From Promethearchaeota archaeon (lineage in GTDB: Archaea > Asgardarchaeota > Thorarchaeia > Thorarchaeales > Thorarchaeaceae): 64,000 nucleotides of DNA. Below, piece by piece: positions 19,620-29,115 of this stretch; the stretch's first letter is position 1; every line of letters begins with the position of its first letter. Both the position numbers and the translations under genes were made by a program. The notes below the pieces were generated by a model that saw only the letters and a list, made by a program, of their open reading frames with translations, was not told where the DNA came from and did not search any database. The stretch lies in NCBI GenBank assembly GCA_014728035.1, contig WJMJ01000078.1, forward strand, positions 145,036 through 209,035, written 5' to 3'.

Positions 19620-20453
19620 TTAGAAAAGGTACCGAATGACATCATCCAAAATTGCATAGGTCTGCAATCTATCAATATCCCGTTTGACATACGGCATAGC
19701 GTATTCAAATAACATCTCACGGTATTTTGCCTTGCTTACATTACTTCGAATAACGTCAGCTAAGATCTTCAATAATTCCTCCAAACCATTCCTCAAATGA
19801 CGATATGAAACATTATATACATCCACAGAAAGAATCTCAATACCATATTCATCGATAGGAATTGATTGTAGGAACTGATATGACTCAATAGTTGATTCTA
19901 GTCGTTTTTTAAGCTTTGATGCAATTTCTTTACGTTCATTTTGACTGATATCAACTCGAAGTATAGCTCGAATTAGATGACTGTATACCTCCAAACAATC
20001 CATTGACTTTCCCGCTACAAGGCATTCATCAGTTTCTTCGTACTGCTCAACTAACTCGTCAACAAAATAAGCAAAGTCATTAAAAGTTGTAGATACACCT
20101 TGCCATTGGTTTAGCAACGATTCAACTGTTTCATCTTTTGGCACAACTTTCCGCATGAACTCGTTCAATGCAAAATCAAGAATGAATCGCATATGAGGTA
20201 ATCGTGCTCGTTTCGATACCACCATGACGAACAACAAATGCTCGTTTGCAGACCAAACATACCTGCTTTTCTCAGTGTCTATCGTCTTGAGACTCTCATT
20301 TGATGCCTTGTCAATAAATGTGTGTGTGGCAGATAGAAATGGAGCAATCAGATCCATATCAATCTCAATGTCAGTATAAGCTCTTGCAATAAGATTTCTA
20401 CCAGTCGTCTTCTCTATTAGCCAGACGCCTTGGACAGAGCGCTTACTGGACAT
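19620..20453 (-). CDS. Longin-like domain protein
   Basis: VWLIEKTTGRNLIARAY...DLIAPFLSA..TF...LLFVMVVS...LNEF longin-type topology. Confidence 0.6.
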   Translation of the reverse strand: MSSKRSVQGVWLIEKTTGRNLIARAYTDIEIDMDLIAPFLSATHTFIDKASNESLKTIDTEKSRYVWSANEHLLFVMVVSKRARLPHMRFILDFALNEFMRKVVPKDETVESLLNQWQGVSTTFNDFAYFVDELVEQYEETDECLVAGKSMDCLEVYSHLIRAILRVDISQNERKEIASKLKKRLESTIESYQFLQSIPIDEYGIEILSVDVYNVSYRHLRNGLEELLKILADVIRSNVSKAKYREMLFEYAMPYVKRDIDRLQTYAILDDVIRYLF

Positions 20454-20547
20454 TATTTACCTCAAGCTCCATTTGCAAATCATCTTGAACAATAATAAGG
20501 ATATATATTGTGTAATCACTCTTTGGAATATTAACAAATAGAACAAA

Positions 20548-20573
20548 AGGTGAGGAGTTTTAATTCCCCACCT
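20548..20573 (-). terminator. Imperfect hairpin after tfb
   Basis: AGGTGAGGAG...TTCCCCACCT, followed by a T-rich tract on the minus strand. Confidence 0.4.
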
Positions 20574-20600
20574 ATCTGCACTTGAGTTAGGTACTCCACA

Positions 20601-21563
20601 TCATGTAGTGCTTAAATCTAGCTTAGCCACCATTTCTTTGTATCTATTCCGCACAGTAACCTCGGTGACACGAGCGGTCTTTGCTATTTCTAGCTGAGTA
20701 CGTCGCGAACCAGTGAGAATACTGGCAACATAAATAGCAGCGGCAGCCATACCTTTTGGATCTTTTCCAATGGTCAAGCGTTCAGCTTTTGCCATCTCAA
20801 GAATGTCAATTGCTTTCTTTTTCGCTTTACCTGGAAGGTCCAAATCGCTTCCAAATCGATGCACGAAGTCAATGGGGCTTGAGTGTGGAATCTTAAGATT
20901 GAGATATCTCAGAATAAGTCGCACACACAAACTCAATTCTTTTCGAGTAATATGAATTTGGTCGCAAACCTCCTCCAAAGGTCGGGGTACTTTATGCACT
21001 CTACATGCAAGATATAGAGATGCAGCAATCATACCGAGTATAGTTCGTCCACGAGTCAATCGTTTACGAAGGGCCTTTCTGTATAGCACAGCGGATGTCT
21101 CACGAATCGAGTATGGAATACTCAATTGTGAAGAAATTCGATGGAGCTCTGTCATCGCAACCGCAAGGTTGCGTTTGTCAGAAGAGTGCACTTTTGTGCG
21201 TATCTGCCATTTCCGTAGTCGATGTATTTGAGCTCGTCGTGTTGAAGAAAGCTTTCTTCCGGATGCGTCAACATTCTGTCTACCAATAATTGTTGTAAGA
21301 CCTTGATCGAATTTACTCCAGTCGGCTGGACCTCCTACACGCTGACGTGATTTCTTTTCATCAGCAGTAAAAGCTCGCCACTCCGGACCCATATCGATTG
21401 AGTGGTCAGAAAGAACTAGTCCGCATTGGGAACAGGTGACCTCACCACGAGTAGTATCAATGTGTACATCAGTAGAACTACAGACTGAACAGACGTAAGC
21501 CGCAGCGCTAGTGCGCTCATTGGTTGTTTTTGATTTCGATTGTCTGCTGGCCAGTCCAATCAT
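20601..21563 (-). CDS. tfb: Transcription initiation factor IIB (TFB)
   Basis: Zn ribbon CSVC...CSQC, B-reader GPEWRAF, RLRKWQ, two cyclin repeats, VTEVTVRNRYKE; SD GAGGGAG. Confidence 0.96.
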   Translation of the reverse strand: MIGLASRQSKSKTTNERTSAAAYVCSVCSSTDVHIDTTRGEVTCSQCGLVLSDHSIDMGPEWRAFTADEKKSRQRVGGPADWSKFDQGLTTIIGRQNVDASGRKLSSTRRAQIHRLRKWQIRTKVHSSDKRNLAVAMTELHRISSQLSIPYSIRETSAVLYRKALRKRLTRGRTILGMIAASLYLACRVHKVPRPLEEVCDQIHITRKELSLCVRLILRYLNLKIPHSSPIDFVHRFGSDLDLPGKAKKKAIDILEMAKAERLTIGKDPKGMAAAAIYVASILTGSRRTQLEIAKTARVTEVTVRNRYKEMVAKLDLSTT

Positions 21564-21960
21564 CTCCCTCAGCTACAACGGGGGGTTTGTAGCCGTTATC
21601 AGAGCTGTCATGTTCCTTTGGGTGTCCTTCTTGGCGTAAGTGGACACTATATGGTGCACGGATGTTTGGGGAACCGTTCTCGTAAAGAGAACTAAATTAC
21701 GGAACTCATAAAACATAAATAAGCGTTTGCACGTTTTTTATTAAAATACTAAGTTTATGATTATTCTATTTAGATAGTAAAGATAACATATGAGCGTTTA
21801 ACAACAATGCTCGTTTATATAATTAAATGTATTTTGTAATAAACCGTTCTTTTTTGATGGTTTGTTACAAACCGTAATATTTGAAATTATGATTATCTAT
21901 GCACTTTTCTACAAGGAGAAGCCATCTAATTTATCTAGTCGGATAGAACCATTATGATGT

Positions 21961-23883
21961 GTGATCAAAATGAAAGGTGGAACCAGTAACAACCCATGGA
22001 AAGCTATGATCAATTATGTTGCTGAAATAATATCTGAAAAAACAGAACTAGAAAAAAGCGAGATTCTAGATAGTCTCGAAGTTCCACCCGATTCAAATCT
22101 TGGAGACCTTGCAACAACCGTTTCATTTCAACTAGCTAAAATCCAAAAGAGGAACCCTGCGGTCATTGCTGGAGAAATAGTTCAATATCTTGAAGAAGAG
22201 TCGGAAAAGAGTGGCTTCATCGACCATATTGAATCGAAAGGGCCCTACATCAATATCTTCTTTGACAAAGGATGGGTTTCTTCATTTGTGGTCTCATGTG
22301 TAGAGCATTTCAAATCAGACTATGGAAAATCCGATGAATATAAGGGATTAAGAGCATTAATCGAATTCCCTGCGGTTAATCCTTCAAAGCCATGGCACAT
22401 TGGGCATACTCGAAATGCAGTGATTGGGGACACATTGGGAAAAATTCTTGATGCGGTCGGTTATGAGGTTATTCGACTGGATTATATCAATGACCTGGGA
22501 CTCCAAATCGCACAGATTACATGGAAGTTAATGATGGACGGAGAACCCAATAGTATTGAAGAAAAGTACGACCATTTCATCGGAAAAATCTATGTTGATG
22601 TTCAAAAGGCCTTTGAAAAGTTTGATAATATTGAGAGAGAAGTTAGAGAAGTTGCAAGGAAACTGGAAGATCTCTCCAGTCCTGAATCAAAACAAAGTAT
22701 TGAGATGGTAACAAAGTGTGTAAGAGCTCAATATCAGACAGCATATAGACTAGGAATATATCATGATTATCAGGTCTGGGAAAGCCCTATAGCACATAGT
22801 GGGCTTCTGAAAATAGCAAAAGAGATGATGTTGCAGTGTGGAAATGTCGTCAAACTTCAAGAAGGAGAAAAAGCAGGATGCGTTGTTGCAAAGCTGGACT
22901 CTATGGACGAATTCAAGGGAATGAAAGATCCAAACAAAGTGTTATTCAGATCTGATGGAACAAGAACGTACACAGGAGCGGATATAGCACTACAGCTTTG
23001 GAAGTTCGGTGTCTTTGAGGATCCCTTTAGATATCAAATATTTGAAACGCAACCGAACGGAGAAAATGTTCTACGAACTTCGTTAGAGGGAGCGAAAGGA
23101 GGAATAGGAAAAGTAGATGTTGTATTCAATGTTATTGGAGCTGCACAAGCACATCCACAAAAATTAGTCTACTCAATCTTGGATTTACTAGGCTATGAGA
23201 AGGAAAGTAAAAATTCCCATCATATAGCATACGAGCTTGTAGGTCTAGAAGATGAAGATTTCTCAGGAAGAAAAGGAACATGGATAGGATATAGTTGCGA
23301 TGCGGTACTAGATAAAGCCAAAGAATTGGCTAAAGACGAGGTTTCAAAGAGAAATAAAGAGTGGAATACTGAACAAATTAGCAAGGTTGCTGAACAGGTA
23401 GCTGTAGGAGCACTAAGATATTTCATGCTAAATGCTTCACCAGACAGAAAGATCACCTTTCGCTGGAAAGATGCACTTGATTTCAATGGAGATGCAGCAC
23501 CATATCTGCAATACTCCTATGCTCGAGCAACACGAATTCTTGAGAAAGCTGAAAATAAAGAAATACCTGAACCGGACTGCTCACTCCTAACTGCTTTACA
23601 AGAGTATGAGCTGATTAAAGCTATCGCAAAACTTCCAGAGGAAATTCTTGAAGTTGCAAGAGGAATGAAGAAGAATGTATGGGGAACAGGATTCACATCA
23701 AACAGGATAACGAGCTATTGCTATAATCTTGCAACATTATTTAGTAAATTCTACGATTCATGCCCAGTCCTCAAGGCAAAACCAGAGATGATGGCAGCCA
23801 GACTTGAGTTGGTTCGAGTATTTCGAACTGTTATGTCCAATTGTTTAACGTTATTGGGAATCCCCATTATCGAACGAATGTAA
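21961..23883 (+). CDS. argS: Arginyl-tRNA synthetase
   Basis: VNPSKPWHIGH, DLGLQ, RSDGT.TY, FSGRKG, YLQYSYAR, C-terminal ERM. Confidence 0.95.
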   Translation: MIKMKGGTSNNPWKAMINYVAEIISEKTELEKSEILDSLEVPPDSNLGDLATTVSFQLAKIQKRNPAVIAGEIVQYLEEESEKSGFIDHIESKGPYINIFFDKGWVSSFVVSCVEHFKSDYGKSDEYKGLRALIEFPAVNPSKPWHIGHTRNAVIGDTLGKILDAVGYEVIRLDYINDLGLQIAQITWKLMMDGEPNSIEEKYDHFIGKIYVDVQKAFEKFDNIEREVREVARKLEDLSSPESKQSIEMVTKCVRAQYQTAYRLGIYHDYQVWESPIAHSGLLKIAKEMMLQCGNVVKLQEGEKAGCVVAKLDSMDEFKGMKDPNKVLFRSDGTRTYTGADIALQLWKFGVFEDPFRYQIFETQPNGENVLRTSLEGAKGGIGKVDVVFNVIGAAQAHPQKLVYSILDLLGYEKESKNSHHIAYELVGLEDEDFSGRKGTWIGYSCDAVLDKAKELAKDEVSKRNKEWNTEQISKVAEQVAVGALRYFMLNASPDRKITFRWKDALDFNGDAAPYLQYSYARATRILEKAENKEIPEPDCSLLTALQEYELIKAIAKLPEEILEVARGMKKNVWGTGFTSNRITSYCYNLATLFSKFYDSCPVLKAKPEMMAARLELVRVFRTVMSNCLTLLGIPIIERM

Positions 23884-23892
23884 TAGAAATCC

Positions 23893-25257
23893 CTAACCAG
23901 ATGTCACTCTTGCAGATTCTATTACTAGAGATGGACTTACAATAGATGATGCCTTACGTACGTCAGCTCCTATTCTATGAACTCTTTTGAGTAGGTCAAT
24001 CATATTGATTCCAATCAATGTGTTTTTGACTGGGTGGACTATTTCACCATTTTCAATGTAAAACCCCTCCATAATCATTGCACTAAGTTCTCCAGTTGTT
24101 AGATTAGGACTGTCAGCAGTGTATTGACATATAACTCCACGGTCTATTTCAGAAACTAAGTCATCAAGTGTGCCACGACCAGGAGAAACAATGAAGTTTG
24201 AAGAAGAGATGAAGGGAGTTCCAGAATAGGATGGACGCGCAGCATTTCCAGTGTTTTCAACCGAGCCTTTGTAAGCAGTGTATGAGTTGTGTAATAAGCT
24301 CTTCAGCACACCATTTTCGAGGATAGTTGTTTTTTGAGAGGGATATCCTTCAGCGTCATAAGGACGTGATCCGATTCCTTGATTTAGTATTGCATTGTCA
24401 ACTATATTCAATTTATCAGATGCAATCTCATCACCAAGATGATCCTGAATATATGACCGACCATATTGCACTTCTTCAGCATTTATCGCTGATGCAAATC
24501 CGGAACCAAGAACAGTTGCAACTGCCAAAGGGGTAAGAATGACAGGTAATTCTCCACCCTCTATTATTTTTCCACCTAAACCCGCAAGAGCTTGATTTGT
24601 AGCTTTTGAACCAACACGTTCGGGATCAATCTCACTCAATTTTCGAGTGATTTGATATTCATAACTTGATGTTTGGTCATCATTCATTTTTACAGTAGGA
24701 TAACTATAGACATAGAATGATGTTGAAGCTGTGAATTGTGCGATTCCAATAGAATTAGCAACAGCCCTTTGAGAATGAGACGCATTTAGAGTGGATTCAA
24801 CCGCAATATCTGCTTTTCCTGCTGCTTGAATTGATGAATCCACTGTACGCATGATTATATCCGCTGCATAATCGGGCTCAATATCACGGATTTCGGAGTC
24901 AAACAAACCATCAACAACAGGATATTTACCAGAGTAGGATGGCAAACTAACAAACTCAGGATCAGGAATAGCAGCTTTCGCAATTTTTACTGCTCTTTCT
25001 GCAATTTCCAATATGTCTGAATCTTGTATAGTAGTCACATATGCGAATCCGATAGCCTTGTTGACAATTGCTCTTATTCCACATCCAGCATCTCGAATCT
25101 CAGACGCAGTCTTGATTGTATTATTTTCTACTTCGATAGAGAAGGATTTAGATGATCCAATATATGCTTCTGCTTGTTCTGCACCATGGCTCTCGGCTTT
25201 CCTTACAGCCTTTTCAGCTATTTCGAGTAATTCTTCTGTCAACCTACATGCCTCCAA
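23893..25257 (-). CDS. pmbA: TldE/PmbA family protein
   Basis: GIRAI, SRPYDAEG, TGNA.R, TGELS; no HExxH; paired with tldD. Confidence 0.9.
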   Translation of the reverse strand: MEACRLTEELLEIAEKAVRKAESHGAEQAEAYIGSSKSFSIEVENNTIKTASEIRDAGCGIRAIVNKAIGFAYVTTIQDSDILEIAERAVKIAKAAIPDPEFVSLPSYSGKYPVVDGLFDSEIRDIEPDYAADIIMRTVDSSIQAAGKADIAVESTLNASHSQRAVANSIGIAQFTASTSFYVYSYPTVKMNDDQTSSYEYQITRKLSEIDPERVGSKATNQALAGLGGKIIEGGELPVILTPLAVATVLGSGFASAINAEEVQYGRSYIQDHLGDEIASDKLNIVDNAILNQGIGSRPYDAEGYPSQKTTILENGVLKSLLHNSYTAYKGSVENTGNAARPSYSGTPFISSSNFIVSPGRGTLDDLVSEIDRGVICQYTADSPNLTTGELSAMIMEGFYIENGEIVHPVKNTLIGINMIDLLKRVHRIGADVRKASSIVSPSLVIESARVTSG

Positions 25258-26629
25258 CGGGAATCTGACGTATTCTCACATGTGGTCCTCCGGACATTTC
25301 AGGAACGGATTGGCCATTTTTGCCACATGATCCCGCAGCTAACTCGAAATCACTCCCAACAGCATCTATTTTATCCAGAATATCAAGTATTTGTCCAGCG
25401 AGTGAAACATCTCTAACCATTTCATCTAGTTCTCCATCTTCAATAATATATCCATGACTCGCTTGAAATACAAACTGGCCCTTTGCAGTCTCGGTGTATC
25501 CATAATTGAAGTCACAAAGGAGAATTCCATTCTTAGTTTCAGAGATAATTTCGTCAGCATCCCATGTCCCCTTTTCCATGAAAGTGTTACTCATCCTTGG
25601 AATAGGAACATCCATGAAGGACTGAGCCCGTGCAGATCCATTAGCGAACATTTCAAGGCGGGATGAGGTTTCTAATGAGTGTAAAAGCTCGGTGAGAACA
25701 CCATCTTTTACTAATTCTCGTTTTTTCGTTTTAGTACCTTCCCAATCATACTCAAATGAACCGCGCATTTCAGGTAACGTTGGATCATCACTGATATTAA
25801 GATGGTCAGGACCCACTTGCTCACCAATTTTGTCTTCGAGTATTGTTGCTTGTGCAAGAAATCCATCAGCCTCACAAGCATGCCCAAAAGCTTCATGGAC
25901 CATCACACCATTTAACACAGGATCGATTACTACATCATAGATACCGCCGGTTGCGGCCACAGAGTCCAGAAGCTCGATAGCTATTCTTGCGGACTCGGTC
26001 CCAATATTTTGTGGTCGCTCTAATTCAATCTTCTCGAATCCACCAACTACACCATAAGAGCGAGATGCCCTTTGTCTATTAGTGCCATCTTTAGCTGTAG
26101 TTACACTAACAATACGAGGAAGGGAGTTTTCTCGATACACCGAAGTGCCAAAAGAGTTCAAGACGTAGAGATCGGTCCAAAGCTCACCGTAAACAGTTCT
26201 TGTATTCTGGATGCGTTCATCATATGATCTTGCTTGTTCATCAATCATCTTAGCAAATTCGATTTTATCTTCAAAGGCAACATCTCGAAAATCCTTTTTC
26301 GGTTTAAAATACACTTTGTCACAGTAAGTTTTTCCATGAATATCAAAAGATTCTTTCACTCGTGGTTTAGTTGCCAAGGCTAATTTAGCAACAGATTCTC
26401 CAGTTTCTCTTAATGCGGATGGAGATAGATCGGTTGTTTGTGCGAACGCCCACGCACCACCTACAAAAGCTCTAATTCCAGCACCTTTTAGATGCGATGA
26501 GAGTGCGCGTTTTGTTATTCCGTCGGTCATCTCGATAATCGTAGAGATAGAACTTTCGATTCGAATGTCAGCGAAAGAAGCTCCTGCTTGTAATGCAGCA
26601 TTCACAGCAATGTTTGCTAAATCTTCCAT
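25244..26629 (-). CDS. tldD: TldD family metalloprotease
   Basis: HEAFGHACEAD, YDWEG, PRMSNT, CGKNGQ, GGPH. Confidence 0.93.
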   Translation of the reverse strand: MEDLANIAVNAALQAGASFADIRIESSISTIIEMTDGITKRALSSHLKGAGIRAFVGGAWAFAQTTDLSPSALRETGESVAKLALATKPRVKESFDIHGKTYCDKVYFKPKKDFRDVAFEDKIEFAKMIDEQARSYDERIQNTRTVYGELWTDLYVLNSFGTSVYRENSLPRIVSVTTAKDGTNRQRASRSYGVVGGFEKIELERPQNIGTESARIAIELLDSVAATGGIYDVVIDPVLNGVMVHEAFGHACEADGFLAQATILEDKIGEQVGPDHLNISDDPTLPEMRGSFEYDWEGTKTKKRELVKDGVLTELLHSLETSSRLEMFANGSARAQSFMDVPIPRMSNTFMEKGTWDADEIISETKNGILLCDFNYGYTETAKGQFVFQASHGYIIEDGELDEMVRDVSLAGQILDILDKIDAVGSDFELAAGSCGKNGQSVPEMSGGPHVRIRQIPVGGM

Positions 26630-26805
26630 GGAAATCGCCTATAGCTTATACAAACCCAAGAACTGGGTGTTTTAATCAATTCGATTTAGGCGAATTTTTC
26701 AATGAATTTCTTATGGGTTTTGAATGAAATAGTGTATAACTGGGATGATACTAGGGTTATTCTTCTAATATGTTCTCAATATAGTTGCACTCAGAGGAAT
26801 AGCAG

Positions 26806-28353
26806 ATGACACAAGATATGGCTAGGCAAACATGCAATATATGTAACGATACAAAAGCTTCGCATCTCTGTGAAGGATGTGGAGAACTTCTTTGTCTTGA
26901 GTGTCAAGGAACAAAGTCTAGTATATTCTATGTTTGCAATGAGTGTCATCATGTTCTAGGAACACCAAAACCTGGCGAAACATTTACTAATTGTCCTGAC
27001 TGTGATTCAGAAAATCTGGGTGAAGGAAAACGGGTCGAGAATATTTGTCCTCGTTGCCATTCCACAAAGACCGTTTTGCTAGAAGAAAAGAAACGTCATC
27101 TGACCCAGAATATCCGTCATGCCATCCAGAGCTTGTCATATGGACATTCAAAACTGAGAGAGTTCCAAAGCAAATTTACGAGTGCGAAACATTTGTTGGT
27201 ATCACTGCGCATGGCGAATTTTCTCCACTATCATTGGTTAGAAACCAAGATGGAAGAAATCCATGATGAAATTCCTGCAATCAAGACAAGAATTGCCAAC
27301 CAAGCTGAGATAGTTGCAAGACAAATGGCTGCTGAAACTAAAGGTCTGATTGATTACAATGACTGGGAACCAGCACAATTTCCATTCATTGAGGGTGTCA
27401 CCAATCGAGTGAATGAATTAGGAAAGCAATACAAGAGAGAGGTGGAGGATTCACTTCAGCAGATTCAACTTAAGCTAGATGAGCTCGATACCCAGCTTGA
27501 GGGCTTGAATTACTATCGAAATGAGTTTGCCAGTTTTTATGAGTTTGCAGAGCTATCGGTAAATGAACTACCAGTATCTGCATTTCCTGATGTTAAATTA
27601 ACTGGTAGTGACTTTGTGAAAGCAGACAAATCTACTGGAACCCTATTCTTCACTAACAAGAGAGTCGTATTCATTGCTGAAACTGGTCTTGTAAGAAAGA
27701 AAACAGATGTGGTCTTCGACTACCCATTAATCTATTTGAATTCAATTGGAGAAGATGGAAGAATAAGAAAACGAGTTGTATTGAAATTCAAACAGGGAGA
27801 AATCAAAATCACGTGCTGTGAACAAACAGAAAGCGTATTACCAGATTACATTGAGATTGCTAGAAAATTTGACAAGTATATCCAAACAGACCTCCAAAGG
27901 GTGAGAAAGCTTGAACAAGCAGACCTCAATATCAGTGAAGTCCGAATGAAAATAGAGAATCTCGTTTATTCACTCTTAGCTCCCACCAGACGAGAAAAAG
28001 AAACAGACTATCGAGAGAAACAAAGATATATTCGCCCTCATTTAGATAGAAGAAGAGTTGTTAATCCAAGCCAATACGATGATGAGAAAGGATTTCGAGA
28101 ACACCTCGAGAGAACAATAGAACAACGTTCTCATGAGAGATATTCATATCCAGAAAAATCAGAGATTCATGGATTAGAAAAAAGTCTTCAAGATTTAGAG
28201 TTTGCAATGCGTGACGCCATCCATCTACTGAGAAACGGAAGACTGATCCCTGAAGAGTTTATTAGAAGATACAAGCGTTTAGTGAGAGATTCCTATTTCA
28301 CCAAGAAACGAATTAATGAAATGTCACGAGACCACCAAAAATATAGATGGTAG
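26806..28353 (+). CDS. ESCRT-associated protein: six CxxC Zn motifs, coiled coil, PH/GRAM-like domain, C-terminal steadiness-box-like helices
   Basis: CNIC, CEGC, CLEC, CNEC, CPDC, CPRC; GTLFFTNKRVVF...FDYPL; LLRNGRLIPEEFIRRYKRL resembles the Vps23/TSG101 SB. Confidence 0.7.
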   Translation: MTQDMARQTCNICNDTKASHLCEGCGELLCLECQGTKSSIFYVCNECHHVLGTPKPGETFTNCPDCDSENLGEGKRVENICPRCHSTKTVLLEEKKRHLTQNIRHAIQSLSYGHSKLREFQSKFTSAKHLLVSLRMANFLHYHWLETKMEEIHDEIPAIKTRIANQAEIVARQMAAETKGLIDYNDWEPAQFPFIEGVTNRVNELGKQYKREVEDSLQQIQLKLDELDTQLEGLNYYRNEFASFYEFAELSVNELPVSAFPDVKLTGSDFVKADKSTGTLFFTNKRVVFIAETGLVRKKTDVVFDYPLIYLNSIGEDGRIRKRVVLKFKQGEIKITCCEQTESVLPDYIEIARKFDKYIQTDLQRVRKLEQADLNISEVRMKIENLVYSLLAPTRREKETDYREKQRYIRPHLDRRRVVNPSQYDDEKGFREHLERTIEQRSHERYSYPEKSEIHGLEKSLQDLEFAMRDAIHLLRNGRLIPEEFIRRYKRLVRDSYFTKKRINEMSRDHQKYRW

Positions 28354-28354
28354 A

Positions 28355-28999
28355 CTACATTCCAAGTTCTTTTTCAAGCGACTTGATCTCGTCTTCCAGC
28401 TCTTCGGTTTCCGATACTGGTCCTGAAGGTGTAGGTGCTTCTCCAATTCCTGCTTCTCGGTCGATTTCTGCCATTGCAGATGCAAGGTCTTCTGAGGTGA
28501 CTCTGCTATCACCTGTTGAATCAAATGCTTCTTCAGTTATACTACTCTCAATTTCAAATTCTTCAAGTCGTCTAGAGATATCATCAATATTCTCAACTAC
28601 TTTTGTAGTATCAGTAGCATCTCCGAGAAGACCCAGAATCTTGGAAACTCGTTCTACGATTTTTGTTGCTTGCGCAGTAGTTTGAGCCCGAGTGATATGT
28701 GCAAGAATTTTCAAAAGCTGTAATCTTGACTTATCTATTGATAGAGCGTATCGCCTAAACCGGACCATTTCAGTTGCGTACATACGATAAGCTTCATTCC
28801 GGTTTTCTTTTCTTGCTCTTATAGCTCGAGCTTTGACATCACGTTCTTCTTTCTCCAATTTGTTACGTTGGCGCTCAAGTTGTTTCGTCATAATACGAAG
28901 CTGACTAGTTACCTCTGCTATATCGGGTTTCTTCTTGCCCCATGAAAATGCCTTTTTCAGTGCGTCCAACAATATCACCAATGGAAAAGAATATTCCAA
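28355..28999 (-). CDS. ESCRT-III subunit (Snf7 family, Vps2/24/46-like); true start probably a few codons downstream
   Basis: Basic helical hairpin QLERQRNKLEKEE...RMYATEMVRFRR; acidic C-half; MIM1-like tail LEDEIKSL; divergent from vps4. Confidence 0.88.
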   Translation of the reverse strand: MEYSFPLVILLDALKKAFSWGKKKPDIAEVTSQLRIMTKQLERQRNKLEKEERDVKARAIRARKENRNEAYRMYATEMVRFRRYALSIDKSRLQLLKILAHITRAQTTAQATKIVERVSKILGLLGDATDTTKVVENIDDISRRLEEFEIESSITEEAFDSTGDSRVTSEDLASAMAEIDREAGIGEAPTPSGPVSETEELEDEIKSLEKELGM

Positions 29000-29115
29000 C
29001 TCAAGGTATGATGCTATCCGTTTAAATCTTCGCAGAAAGGAAAGTATAATGAAGCAATTACACTCATAACACGGAAGGTTTTAACATGTTCAGAGCTTTC
29101 AAGTAGTGAGTAATC

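Noticed and set aside
21700-21900. Replication origin
   Set aside because: AT-rich, but no cdc6/orc1 nearby and no ORB-like G-string repeats; divergent promoters explain it.
28347-28685. Ser-rich 112-aa ORF and the many similar short ORFs nested in long genes
   Set aside because: Antisense or alternate-frame shadows of well-supported genes.
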